From a virus (lineage: Duplodnaviria; Heunggongvirae; Uroviricota; Caudoviricetes), in the IMG/VR virus record IMGVR_UViG_2778261545_000003: a DNA stretch of 37,682 nucleotides. One strand, written 5' to 3'. Both the position numbers and the translations under genes were made by a program. Of this stretch, positions 9,089 through 18,137 are shown piece by piece (position 1 is the first letter of the stretch; each line of letters opens with the position of its first letter). The notes below the pieces were generated by a model. It was not told the DNA's origin. It did no database searches and saw only the letters and a program-made list of their open reading frames with translations.

Positions 9089-9619
9089 TTAACCTTGTAT
9101 AGTTATTTGAATATTTTCTTCATTAACACCAAAGTATAGGGCTAGCCCTGCTTTTGCCTCCTGAAGTGTTAACGGCTTAACTACATTTTCTTCTTCTTCT
9201 TCGTACTCATCACCCGCTTGATCGACAATCGAATTAGTCGGGGTTAATTTGGGAAGAGCTTTAAATTCCAACTTGTCAGCCTCAATGCCAATGTCTTTGA
9301 GGTTGCGATAAGAAACGGGATTCCGATTGCCATCCCATTGTCCTGGGATGTCAATTTCAGCATAAGAATTGATGTTTATGATCCAGCGTTTAGGGTTTTC
9401 TGGAGCCCTGCTTACTCCCGAGATTCGACCGATCATAAAAGCATGATGATGTTTTGCTTCTTGTGATCCCCAGTCCTTTCTCGAATTTTGTACACAAACT
9501 AAATATTCGTGCTTAGCTGCATGGCTGGCGTCAAGTCTCCATGCTTGGCTTCCCCCTGTGTTCAAAATCTCTGTTAAACCACGAGCAGTAAGTACAGTAA
9601 TACAGTTGGTAGTAGCCAT
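9089..9619 (-). CDS. Hypothetical cargo protein (176 aa) in the variable region between the SOS operon and cos
   Basis: Clean ORF on the opposite strand with acidic stretch EYEEEEEN; AT-rich; no recognisable motif. Confidence 0.55.
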   Translation of the reverse strand: MATTNCITVLTARGLTEILNTGGSQAWRLDASHAAKHEYLVCVQNSRKDWGSQEAKHHHAFMIGRISGVSRAPENPKRWIININSYAEIDIPGQWDGNRNPVSYRNLKDIGIEADKLEFKALPKLTPTNSIVDQAGDEYEEEEENVVKPLTLQEAKAGLALYFGVNEENIQITIQG

Positions 9620-9936
9620 TGAATTGTGACCCCGTCTTTTTTAGAGAAATACTGTTGATGAATGTAGTTTACGTATTTTTTTATGGAGTAGTCAAGTTAG
9701 TATTATGCTCATTATTGGCTGTTTGTTGAGTGTTATGAGTTGGTACTTTGTGTAGTACCTCTTGATTTATGAGGATTAAATCTAAGTTATGACAAAGGGA
9801 GGCAGGGGGAACGCGCAGCGCAAGGTGGACAGGAGGCCATAAGGACTCACTTGAAGTAAGAAAAGATCGATAAAGCAACAATGCATGTCTATGCCGCATG
9901 AATTCGCATGATCGTTTGAGGATCGTTTTAGTTGAG

Positions 9937-9964
9937 GCCCGCCAGGAATGGCGGGCTTTTGTTT
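9937..9964 (+). terminator. Intrinsic terminator (GC hairpin plus T-tract) with no obvious upstream plus-strand gene
   Basis: GCCCGCC-aggaat-GGCGGGC followed by TTTTGTTT. Confidence 0.5.
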
Positions 9965-10005
9965 ATGTCATGCAAGTGCATGAAAACCACTACATAAAGC
10001 GGGCA

Positions 10006-10024
10006 GGCGTGGCGGGGATACGAG
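10006..10024. other. Candidate cos (cohesive end) site
   Basis: GGCGTGGCGGGGATACGAG resembles the 19-nt P2/186 cohesive ends as I recall them (P2 GGCGAGGCGGGGAAAGCAC), matching at 14 of 19 positions; lies in a GC-rich patch of an otherwise AT-rich intergenic region. Confidence 0.4.
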
Positions 10025-10176
10025 CGCGCGTTAAGCCATATAAGAGTTATATATTGATTTGATTGCTGGACATACATACAGTATCGCTCTATCATCTAAT
10101 AAATCTTAGGGTATTTGACAATGTTTGGATAAAATGGAACCTAACTTATTCATAATCCGCTAAACAGGGATGTCAG

Positions 10177-11091
10177 ATGCCATACCAATTGGTAGAGCTT
10201 AGCCCCGTAGCTAACGATCTTGAACAGTTAGGAACCAAAGAGAAGTTTTGGTTCTATTTCTCCGATGACACTGTAAATTTGCAGTTGTTTAAGTACTCTA
10301 GGCCAGGTACTGGCGAGCATTGGTCTGAAAAGTGTGCTGCTGAGTTATGTCATTTGCTTAACATTCCACATGCTAGCTATGATTTGGCGCGATACAATGG
10401 TCGATTCGGTGTGGTGACTCAGAATATCATTCCATCTGGTTTCCGGATGGTAATGGGAAATGAAGTGCTTCACAGTTCGACATTCGATTATCCTGGGCCT
10501 TTACAAGCCGGGGAAAAGCCGGTAAGGGTCAGAGAACACACTGTCACAAGGGTCTTGGGTTGTTTAGATAGGGAATCTATCAAGCCTCCTCCGAGTGTAT
10601 ATGATCTAACCGGGCTAAATGCAGCAGATGTATTTTGTGGATATTTGATGCTCGATGCACTTGTGAGTAATCAAGATCGCCACCATGAAAATTGGGCAAT
10701 CATGCTTAACAATGAAACTGGTGAGCAGTTTTTGTGTCCAACATACGATCATGCCGCTAGTTTAGGAAGGGAGATGTTAGATGATGAGCGTAACGAACGG
10801 CTTAATACTAAAGATAAAAATCGACAAATCCCATGTTTTGTAAGAAAAGCTCGCTCTGAGCTATTCAAAGCAAAAACTGATAAAAAGCCCTTGCTGACTG
10901 TTGAAGCATTTCAACATGCAGTTGAAGGGAGAGTTGCCGCTCGCGACCATTGGTTAGGTAAGTTGAGCGTTTTAACAGAAGATTCCATTACAGATGTGTT
11001 TAACCAAGTGCCTTCATCGTGTATATCCGACAGTGCACGTAGATTTGCAACGTTAATGGTAATGGAAAATCGCAGAAGGTTACTAGAATGA
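10177..11091 (+). CDS. HipA-like / PI3-4K-like small Ser/Thr kinase (cargo)
   Basis: 304 aa; catalytic-loop-like LVSNQDRHHENWAIM (DRH..N) and downstream YDHAASLG (metal-binding Asp), plus N-terminal LGTKEKFW; AGGGA RBS; stop overlaps the next gene by 4 nt. Confidence 0.55.
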   Translation: MPYQLVELSPVANDLEQLGTKEKFWFYFSDDTVNLQLFKYSRPGTGEHWSEKCAAELCHLLNIPHASYDLARYNGRFGVVTQNIIPSGFRMVMGNEVLHSSTFDYPGPLQAGEKPVRVREHTVTRVLGCLDRESIKPPPSVYDLTGLNAADVFCGYLMLDALVSNQDRHHENWAIMLNNETGEQFLCPTYDHAASLGREMLDDERNERLNTKDKNRQIPCFVRKARSELFKAKTDKKPLLTVEAFQHAVEGRVAARDHWLGKLSVLTEDSITDVFNQVPSSCISDSARRFATLMVMENRRRLLE

Positions 11092-11828
11092 CTAATACAA
11101 ACTCCGTTTACGTCGCATGGCAGGCACCAGATACCAGAGACTGGCATGTTGTTGGTAACTTGCAAGAGCGCAAATCGGGGTATGTTTTCAGGTATACCAA
11201 AGGTGCTCTTAAATCTTCTAAATTTACAAAGTTTAGCGGCATGAGTGATGTTCGTGAAACTTATGTATCGGAAGAATTGTTTCCTCTTTTTAAAAATCGC
11301 CTTTTATCACCGAGACGTCCAGAGTATCCGAGTTTCATTAAATGGCTTGGATTTGAAGAAGATAAGGTAAATCCTATCGATATTCTTGCTCGCTCGGGAG
11401 GCTTACGAAGCACTGATCAGCTGCAGATTTTCAAAAAAATTGATTTTGATTCTGATGGTAACTTTGAGCATTTTTTCTTCTTACATGGACTTGGTTACTT
11501 GAATAGCTTAGCTAATGCTCGTGTATCTGAATTGAAACCGGGGCAAATTTTGCGTCTTTGCTTGGATCTTCAAAATGAATACGATGGGGATGCTGTTGTC
11601 GTTCGTGCAGATAAACCAGCTGAAATCGTTGGTTACTGCCCTAGGTATTTAAGTAATGACATCAAGAAGATGTTATTGGATGATCCAAAATCAATCACTT
11701 TAACGGTCGAAAAGATTAGCGATGATGCTCCTCATAACTATCGGTTATTATGTAAATTATCAGGGGTACTAAGCCAAGCCTGTCAATCGACGCTGATTCC
11801 TCAAGATGAGTTTGAACCTATTGAGTAA
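11088..11828 (+). CDS. Protein with C-terminal HIRAN-like domain (cargo, partner of the kinase)
   Basis: 246 aa; C-terminal LQNEYDGDAVVVRADKPAEIVGYCPRYLSNDIKKMLLD fits the HIRAN pattern (N.YD.nAi.V...........lGY.PR..........L); translationally coupled to the upstream kinase gene. Confidence 0.5.
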   Translation: MTNTNSVYVAWQAPDTRDWHVVGNLQERKSGYVFRYTKGALKSSKFTKFSGMSDVRETYVSEELFPLFKNRLLSPRRPEYPSFIKWLGFEEDKVNPIDILARSGGLRSTDQLQIFKKIDFDSDGNFEHFFFLHGLGYLNSLANARVSELKPGQILRLCLDLQNEYDGDAVVVRADKPAEIVGYCPRYLSNDIKKMLLDDPKSITLTVEKISDDAPHNYRLLCKLSGVLSQACQSTLIPQDEFEPIE

Positions 11829-11835
11829 ATGAAGA

Positions 11836-11861
11836 AAAGCCACCAAACGGTGGCTTTTCTT
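11836..11861. terminator. Bidirectional intrinsic terminator between the HIRAN gene and Q
   Basis: AAAA-GCCACC-aaac-GGTGGC-TTTTCTT; A-tract and T-tract flank the hairpin. Confidence 0.6.
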
Positions 11862-11862
11862 A

Positions 11863-12903
11863 TTATGGGGCTATATCTAGCGAGTAGGTATCAAACCGTA
11901 TCGCCTCCTTGCCAAGCCAATCATTCATCTCCTGTAATCGCTTTTGTAGTGGCATTAGCTCATTTCGGACGAATACACGGCTTGCCTTCTCCACATCCCC
12001 AAACCCCCCAACATTATTCGGCATAATCCCCATCATTTGCGGTGGCACACGGTGCGCTGCCATCATGTCATCGCGGCTGACATTTTTGATATTCAGAAAC
12101 TCATCCTTCGCCGCGACTTCTGACAATGGGATGATCTGAAGTCCGTCCTTTTTGCCGTTAGGCGAGTACATAAACAGATTGCGGAAGTTACCTGGTCCTT
12201 TGGCGCTTTTCATCGCGTTACGGAGGTTGTTTACATCCTCCTGGTTCTGCGCGGCGTCGGTCATGTACATGATGAAGCCTGCATGACTGCCGTTAATGTA
12301 ATACTTTCGACGGAACAGCGTGGCGGACTCGTTGAGCAGGGCTGACGGAATGGCAGAAAGATAACCGGGCAGGCCGTAGATCTCCTGGTTGATATCCGGT
12401 TCCATCAGGTGAAAAATGCTGCCTTTCGTGAACTGATACGGTTGCGTTGTCATGCCGTATTGCACAAACCAGTAGGTATCCAGGTCTAATCCACGTCGGG
12501 TGTATTTTGCCAGGGCAGGCTCAAGGGCGATAACTTCACCGAATCGGTTCGTGCGTTTCTCCAGGTAGGCGTTACCAAATACCAGATAGTCCTGCACAAA
12601 ACGCGAAAGAGCCTGCTGGCTGAGCAGCGGATGAGGGATATAGGTACTGGTCAGAATGTTGCACTTTACTGCAATCGGGGAACTGTGATGCACGGCGGCG
12701 CGGAAGGTGCGCGCCAGTCCGTCAAAGCTGACGGGCGGCTCATACCAACGGTCCATCTGTACGCATTCCACATAGTCCAGCAGTTCACGGCGGTCCAGAA
12801 CAGGAACGGGATCGCCGAAGCTGAATGCTTCGGCTGTAGCTTGACTTTTAAGCTGGATCTGTTTCGTCGCCGCAGCTCGGTTCTTCTTACTCTTTCCCAT
12901 CAA
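11863..12903 (-). CDS. Q: Portal protein
   Basis: 346-aa ORF in the P2 Q position, in a leftward operon with the terminase gene. Confidence 0.85.
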   Translation of the reverse strand: MMGKSKKNRAAATKQIQLKSQATAEAFSFGDPVPVLDRRELLDYVECVQMDRWYEPPVSFDGLARTFRAAVHHSSPIAVKCNILTSTYIPHPLLSQQALSRFVQDYLVFGNAYLEKRTNRFGEVIALEPALAKYTRRGLDLDTYWFVQYGMTTQPYQFTKGSIFHLMEPDINQEIYGLPGYLSAIPSALLNESATLFRRKYYINGSHAGFIMYMTDAAQNQEDVNNLRNAMKSAKGPGNFRNLFMYSPNGKKDGLQIIPLSEVAAKDEFLNIKNVSRDDMMAAHRVPPQMMGIMPNNVGGFGDVEKASRVFVRNELMPLQKRLQEMNDWLGKEAIRFDTYSLDIAP

Positions 12904-14666
12904 AAAATCTCCACAATATTGCTGGTATTGGCGGATTCGCCCTGCAGCGGTTCGTTAAACAGTGCGTGCATCGTTGCCCATGCCAGATCGGCGTGGCTGG
13001 CTTCTTCGCTGCGGCTGGCTTCATAGGTCGGGCGGTTGCCACTGGCGGTGGTGGCGCGACGGATTGCCATAAATGACTGCGCAATGTCGGTATGTCCGGC
13101 GTCAAACTCCAGACGGCGGTGGCTGATAATGTCGTAGGCCTTGAGTACCAGGGCGTTTTTAACGTTGGGGTTGTAGACAAACTCCCGGACGGCAGGAAAG
13201 AACGCTTTCACGTTCTCGTAAACCCCGTGACCAACGCCGGTTGAGTCGATGCCGATGTAGGTCACGTTGTACTGCTCGGTCAGTTTTTTGATTGCGTCAG
13301 CCTGGGCGCGGAAGTCCATCCCGCGCCACTGGTGACGCTCAAGAATGCGAAACTTACCGCCCGGCACGGCTGGCGGTGCCACCACCACGCATCCGGCGCT
13401 GTCGCCGTTCTGCGTACCTTTTGCCGGGTCATAACCGATCCACACTTCGCGCCAGCCAAACGGGCGCAGGGCCAGAGCATGAAAGTCGGTCCAGACTTCC
13501 CAACTGTCCACCATGCACGCCTGCAGCTCGCTGAGCGGAAACACGGACGCGAGATCGTCCACAAACTCGCACATCAGCAGGTTCTGGTATTCGTCCGGGC
13601 TGTACTCCATGCGCAACTGGTCGAGGTCGAACAGGTTACAGCCGCCGCGCACCGCATCTTCCACAGTGACTATCTGGCGGTACTGCCCGTCTGCGCACAG
13701 CAGGCCGGGGGCCAGATTGCTGTGGGACAGGTCGATGTCCACCTTGTCGGCTTTGTTGCGCCCACGATTGAACAGCGCACCGGACCAGAACGGATAAGCA
13801 CTGTGAGTCAGGCTGGATGGCGTGGAAAAATAGGTTTGTCGCCATTTTTTGTGAATAGCCATACCGGAAGCCACTTTGCGCAGCTCCTGGAATTTCGGTA
13901 TCCAGAAATATTCATCCAGATACAGGTTGCCGTGATAACTCTGGGCAGTGCGGGCATTGGTGCCGAGGAAGTAAAGCGTGGCCCCGTTAGGAAGCACCAT
14001 CGGATCGCCTTTCAACTCCACCTCCACTTCTTTGGCGAAGTCGATGATGTACTGCTTAAAGACGTGGGCCTGTGCCTTGCTGGCGGAAAGGAAAATCTGG
14101 TTACGTCCGGTAAGCAGGGCGTCAATCAGGGCTTCACGGGCAAAGTAAAAGGTCGCGCCGATCTGGCGTGACTTCAGCAGGTTGCGGATGCGGTTGGCTT
14201 TTCCGGCTTCCCACCAGTGGCGCTGGTAGTTGAACATGGAGGAATGGAAGATTTCTTCCAGCTTCTCAATCTGCTCATCGGTGAAAACATTCTTTTCCGG
14301 CTGACGGCGCGGGCCTTTGTTGCGGTTGGCGACGTTAGGGTTTAAGTCGGCTTCGTTGCCGCCATTGTTAAACTTGCCGATCCGCGCGTGGCGCTCCGAC
14401 TGGCGCGCCAGCAGGTCAATCTCTTTGAAATCTTTCCCTTCTTTGTGCTCCTTCATAATGAGCTGGCAGTAGCGTGCGGCGGTGGTGAGCTGCATCTGAT
14501 CCAGCGGCCCATAGTCACCCCACTTGTCGCGTTTTTTCCAGCTGTGAACGGTTGCAACTTTCTCGCCCAGCATTTCAGCAATGCGGGCTACGCGGTATCC
14601 CTGAAAGTACAGCAGCATGGCCTGCCGACGGGGATCGAGATCTGCGGGTGTCAGTGTGGTGTTCAT
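12900..14666 (-). CDS. P: Terminase large (ATPase) subunit
   Basis: 588-aa ORF, P2 gpP-like; divergent from O across a late-promoter region. Confidence 0.85.
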   Translation of the reverse strand: MNTTLTPADLDPRRQAMLLYFQGYRVARIAEMLGEKVATVHSWKKRDKWGDYGPLDQMQLTTAARYCQLIMKEHKEGKDFKEIDLLARQSERHARIGKFNNGGNEADLNPNVANRNKGPRRQPEKNVFTDEQIEKLEEIFHSSMFNYQRHWWEAGKANRIRNLLKSRQIGATFYFAREALIDALLTGRNQIFLSASKAQAHVFKQYIIDFAKEVEVELKGDPMVLPNGATLYFLGTNARTAQSYHGNLYLDEYFWIPKFQELRKVASGMAIHKKWRQTYFSTPSSLTHSAYPFWSGALFNRGRNKADKVDIDLSHSNLAPGLLCADGQYRQIVTVEDAVRGGCNLFDLDQLRMEYSPDEYQNLLMCEFVDDLASVFPLSELQACMVDSWEVWTDFHALALRPFGWREVWIGYDPAKGTQNGDSAGCVVVAPPAVPGGKFRILERHQWRGMDFRAQADAIKKLTEQYNVTYIGIDSTGVGHGVYENVKAFFPAVREFVYNPNVKNALVLKAYDIISHRRLEFDAGHTDIAQSFMAIRRATTASGNRPTYEASRSEEASHADLAWATMHALFNEPLQGESANTSNIVEIF

Positions 14667-14712
14667 GGCACAAACCTACAGCCTTGAATGAAGGCTTTCC
14701 CCGCCTGCGGTT

Positions 14713-14730
14713 TGTGTGGTTGTCGGTACA
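14713..14730. promoter_or_regulatory. P2-type late promoter activator site (TGT-N12-ACA) in the divergent P/O promoter region
   Basis: TGTgtggttgtcggtACA between P (ends 14666) and O (starts 14809). Confidence 0.55.
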
Positions 14731-14808
14731 AATACCGCGCATTGTTTCACTGCCCCCATCACCGCAACCATAAGGCTCCAGTAAGTTTTTTCTAACGGAG
14801 CACGGCTC

Positions 14809-15642
14809 ATGACAGTGAAAGCAAAGCGTTTTCGCATCGGGGTGGAAGGTGCCACCACCGACGGACGCGAAATCCAGCGTGAATGGCTGGAACAGATGGC
14901 AGCCAGCTACAACCCGACGGTGTACACCGCGCTGATTAACCTTGAGCACATCAAGTCATATCTGCCGGACAGCACCTTTAACCGCTACGGCAAGGTGACG
15001 GCGCTGTTTGCTGAAGAAATCACGGAAGGTCCGCTGGCAGGCAAGATGGCGCTGTATGCCGACGTTGAGCCAACGGAATCACTGGTGGAACTGGTGAAAA
15101 AAGGCCAGAAATTATTCACCTCTATGGAAGTCAGCCCGAAGTTTGCTGATACGGGCAAAGCCTACCTGGTCGGCCTGGCTGCCACTGATGACCCTGCCAG
15201 TCTGGGCACTGAAATGCTGACATTCAGCGCCAGTGCAGCCCATAACCCGCTGGCAAACCGCAAGCAGAATCCCGCCAATCTTTTTACCGCTGCAGAGGAA
15301 ACGGTGATCGAACTGGAAGAAATCCAGGATGACAAACCGTCCCTGTTTGCCCGTGTCACGGCGCTGTTCACCAAAAAAGAGCAGTCCGATGACGCCCGGT
15401 TCTCTGATGTGCATAAGGCCGTGGAACTGGTCGCCACTGAGCAGCAGAACCTGAGTGCGCGCACCGAAAAATCCCTGTCTGAGCAGGAAGAACGCCTGTC
15501 TGAGCTGGAGACTGCCCTGCAGGCACAGCAGACCGCCTTTAACGAACTGGTGGACAAGCTGAGCCAAGAAGACAGCCGCCAGGACTACCGCCAGCGTGCA
15601 ACAGGCGGTAACGCCCCCGCTGACACTCTGACCAATTGCTGA
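14809..15642 (+). CDS. O: Capsid scaffolding protein
   Basis: 277-aa ORF, P2 gpO-like, first gene of the rightward late operon. Confidence 0.85.
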   Translation: MTVKAKRFRIGVEGATTDGREIQREWLEQMAASYNPTVYTALINLEHIKSYLPDSTFNRYGKVTALFAEEITEGPLAGKMALYADVEPTESLVELVKKGQKLFTSMEVSPKFADTGKAYLVGLAATDDPASLGTEMLTFSASAAHNPLANRKQNPANLFTAAEETVIELEEIQDDKPSLFARVTALFTKKEQSDDARFSDVHKAVELVATEQQNLSARTEKSLSEQEERLSELETALQAQQTAFNELVDKLSQEDSRQDYRQRATGGNAPADTLTNC

Positions 15643-15658
15643 TGGAGCACAAAACCTG

Positions 15659-16717
15659 ATGAAGAAGAATACCCGCTTTGCTTTTAACGCTTACCTGCAG
15701 CAACTGGCGCGTCTGAACGGTGTGGCAGTTGAAGAACTGTCCAGCAAATTCACCGTAGAGCCGTCTGTACAGCAGACTCTGGAAGACCAGATCCAGCAGT
15801 CCGCCGCTTTCCTGACGCTGATTAACGTCACGCCAGTGACTGAGCAATCCGGTCAGCTGCTGGGGTTGGGTGTTGGCAGCACCATTGCCGGAACCACTGA
15901 TACCACCGCGAAAGAGCGTGAGCCTGTCGATCCGACGCTGATGGTCGATGTGGAATATAAATGCGAGCAGACCAACTTTGACACGGTGCTGACCTACGCG
16001 AAGCTGGATCTGTGGGCGAAGTTTCAGGATTTCCAGGTGCGTATCCGTGACGCCATCGTGAAACGTCAGGCACTGGACCGCATCATGATCGGTTTTAACG
16101 GCGTGAAGCGTGCGAAAAACTCCAACCGTAGCGAAAACCCGCTGCTGCAGGATGTGAATAAAGGCTGGCTGCAGAAAATCCGTGAGGATGCACCGGATCA
16201 CGTCATGGGCAGCACCACCACGGGCGGTGAAACCACACCGGGCGCGGTGAAAGTCGGGAAAGGGGGCGAATATGCCAACCTGGACGCTGTGGTGATGGAT
16301 GCGGTCAATGAGCTTATCGACGTGGTCTGCCAGGACGATGACGATCTGGTGGTGATTTGCGGTCGTGAACTGCTGTCTGACAAGTATTTCCCGCTGGTCA
16401 ACAAAGAGCAGGAAAACAGTGAAAAACTGGCTGCCGATATGATCATCAGTCAGAAACGCATGGGTGGCCTGCAGGCGGTGCGTGCGCCGTTCTTCCCGCC
16501 GAATGCGCTGCTGATCACCCGTCTGGATAACCTGTCCATCTACTGGCAGGAAGATACCCGCCGCCGTTCAGTTATCGACAACCCGAAACGTGACCGGATT
16601 GAAAATTTTGAATCCGTTAACGAAGCCTATGTGGTTGAGGACTATCGCTGCGCTGCACTGGTGGAAAACATCCAGATTGGTGACTTCAGCGCCGCCGCAG
16701 CCGAAACCGGAGCGTAA
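15659..16717 (+). CDS. N: Major capsid protein
   Basis: 352-aa ORF following O; P2 gpN-like; GGAG RBS. Confidence 0.85.
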   Translation: MKKNTRFAFNAYLQQLARLNGVAVEELSSKFTVEPSVQQTLEDQIQQSAAFLTLINVTPVTEQSGQLLGLGVGSTIAGTTDTTAKEREPVDPTLMVDVEYKCEQTNFDTVLTYAKLDLWAKFQDFQVRIRDAIVKRQALDRIMIGFNGVKRAKNSNRSENPLLQDVNKGWLQKIREDAPDHVMGSTTTGGETTPGAVKVGKGGEYANLDAVVMDAVNELIDVVCQDDDDLVVICGRELLSDKYFPLVNKEQENSEKLAADMIISQKRMGGLQAVRAPFFPPNALLITRLDNLSIYWQEDTRRRSVIDNPKRDRIENFESVNEAYVVEDYRCAALVENIQIGDFSAAAAETGA

Positions 16718-16720
16718 TTC

Positions 16721-17371
16721 ATGAGCCTGAGTCCCGCACGGCAGCATCGCCTGCGCGTTCAGGCTGAACAGGCCGCTCGCGAGGGTGGCAGTGTTCGCCA
16801 CGCGTCGGGCTATGACCTGATGCTGCTGCAACTGGCGGAAGACCGCCGCCGTCTCAAGGGCGTTCAGTCCACGGTCAAAAAAGCGGAAATCAAGGTGGAG
16901 CTGCTGCCGAAGTACGCCGCCTGGGCGGAGGGCGTCCTGGCTGCCGGAGGCGCTCAACAGGATGACGTGCTGATGTACGTGATGCTGTGGCGCATTGATG
17001 CCGGAGATTATGCCGGGGCGCTGGAGATCGGGCGTCATGCCCTGCGTCATGGCTGGGTGATGCCGCTGGGTAACCGCAACGTGCAGACCGTGCTGGCAGA
17101 GGAAATGGCAGATGCAGCGCAGAGTGCAATGCTTGCCGCCACCGACTTTGATGCCGATCTGTTGCTGCAGACGCTGGAGCTGACAGACGGTCTGGATATG
17201 CCGGACCAGTCACGGGCGCGTCTGCATAAAGCGATTGGCGCTGTCCTGAGTGAAAGCAATCCGGCTTCCGCCCTTAATCATCTCAACCATGCGTTACAGC
17301 TCGATCCCCGCTGTGGCGTGAAAAAAGACAAACAGCAGCTGGAGCGCAGACTGCGCAATGACAGCCGCTGA
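16721..17371 (+). CDS. M: Terminase small (endonuclease) subunit
   Basis: 216-aa ORF in the P2 gpM position. Confidence 0.8.
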   Translation: MSLSPARQHRLRVQAEQAAREGGSVRHASGYDLMLLQLAEDRRRLKGVQSTVKKAEIKVELLPKYAAWAEGVLAAGGAQQDDVLMYVMLWRIDAGDYAGALEIGRHALRHGWVMPLGNRNVQTVLAEEMADAAQSAMLAATDFDADLLLQTLELTDGLDMPDQSRARLHKAIGAVLSESNPASALNHLNHALQLDPRCGVKKDKQQLERRLRNDSR

Positions 17372-17466
17372 CAGAACGTGCCCCCGCGCACGGGCGGCAC
17401 GGGGTGGCGAAAGGCACTGCCACATCAAAATCCCGTCCACCGCCCTCTATTTCAGGAGAAAGCAGC

Positions 17467-17931
17467 ATGAAGTTTGTTGCGCCAGAACAGGCACCGGAAC
17501 AGGCGGAAATCATCAGAAATACGCCGTTCTGGCCTGATGTGGACCTGTCGGAGTTTCGCTGTGTCATGCGCACTGACGGCACGGTGACGCAGCCGCGTTT
17601 AAAGCAGGTTGCGCTGTCGGCAATTTCGGAGGTCAACGCAGAGCTGTATGAGTTTCGCAGACGTCAGCAGATGCTGGGATATGCCTCGCTGGCAGAGGTT
17701 CCGGCGGAACAGCTGGACGGCAAAAGTGAGCGCATTCATCACTATTTCAACGCGGTTTACTGCTGGGCACGCGCCATGCTCAACGAGCGTTATCAGGACT
17801 ATGACGCCACGGCATCCGGTGTGAAGCGGGGCGAGGAACTGGCGGAAGCAAGCGGTGATTTGTGGCGTGACGCCCGCTGGGCCATCAGCCGGGTGCAGGA
17901 TGCGCCGCACTGCACAGTGGAGCTTATCTGA
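17467..17931 (+). CDS. L: Head completion/stabilisation protein
   Basis: ATG at 17467 with AGGAG RBS; P2 gpL position. Confidence 0.75.
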   Translation: MKFVAPEQAPEQAEIIRNTPFWPDVDLSEFRCVMRTDGTVTQPRLKQVALSAISEVNAELYEFRRRQQMLGYASLAEVPAEQLDGKSERIHHYFNAVYCWARAMLNERYQDYDATASGVKRGEELAEASGDLWRDARWAISRVQDAPHCTVELI

Positions 17932-18134
17932 TGAAAGTGCGTGCGCATCAGTATGACACGGTGGACGCGCTTTGCTGGCGTCATTACGGGCGCACGCAGG
18001 GTGTCACGGAGCAGGTACTGAAGGCAAATCCGGGGCTTGCCGAATACGGCCCCTTTTTACCTCACGGGCTGCAGGTGGAGCTGCCGGACATTCCGACAAC
18101 CACCACCGTGCAGACCGTCCAGCTATGGGACTGA
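17931..18134 (+). CDS. X: Tail protein X
   Basis: 67-aa ORF in the P2 X position before the lysis genes. Confidence 0.7.
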   Translation: MKVRAHQYDTVDALCWRHYGRTQGVTEQVLKANPGLAEYGPFLPHGLQVELPDIPTTTTVQTVQLWD

Positions 18135-18137
18135 ATT

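Noticed and set aside
9681-9899. 72-aa minus-strand ORF in the cos-proximal intergenic region
   Set aside because: No ribosome-binding site, low-complexity composition, and lies in a region better explained by regulatory elements and a terminator.
10115-10143. Sigma-70 promoter for the kinase operon from a perfect TTGACA hexamer
   Set aside because: No convincing -10 hexamer at 16 to 18 bp spacing (AACCTA at best); recorded only as a possibility within the finding.
8237-10176. Searched for an OLD-family nuclease/ATPase or tin-like gene in the A-to-cos region
   Set aside because: No ORF of suitable size or with Walker A/TOPRIM-like motifs; the region holds only the SOS operon and the 176-aa orphan gene.
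13332-14171. 279-aa plus-strand ORF antisense to the terminase large subunit gene
   Set aside because: Nested antisense frame in a GC-rich gene; no RBS; Arg/Ala/Gly-rich composition.
15539-16201. 220-aa minus-strand ORF overlapping the O/N capsid genes
   Set aside because: Antisense frame artefact within the conserved late operon.
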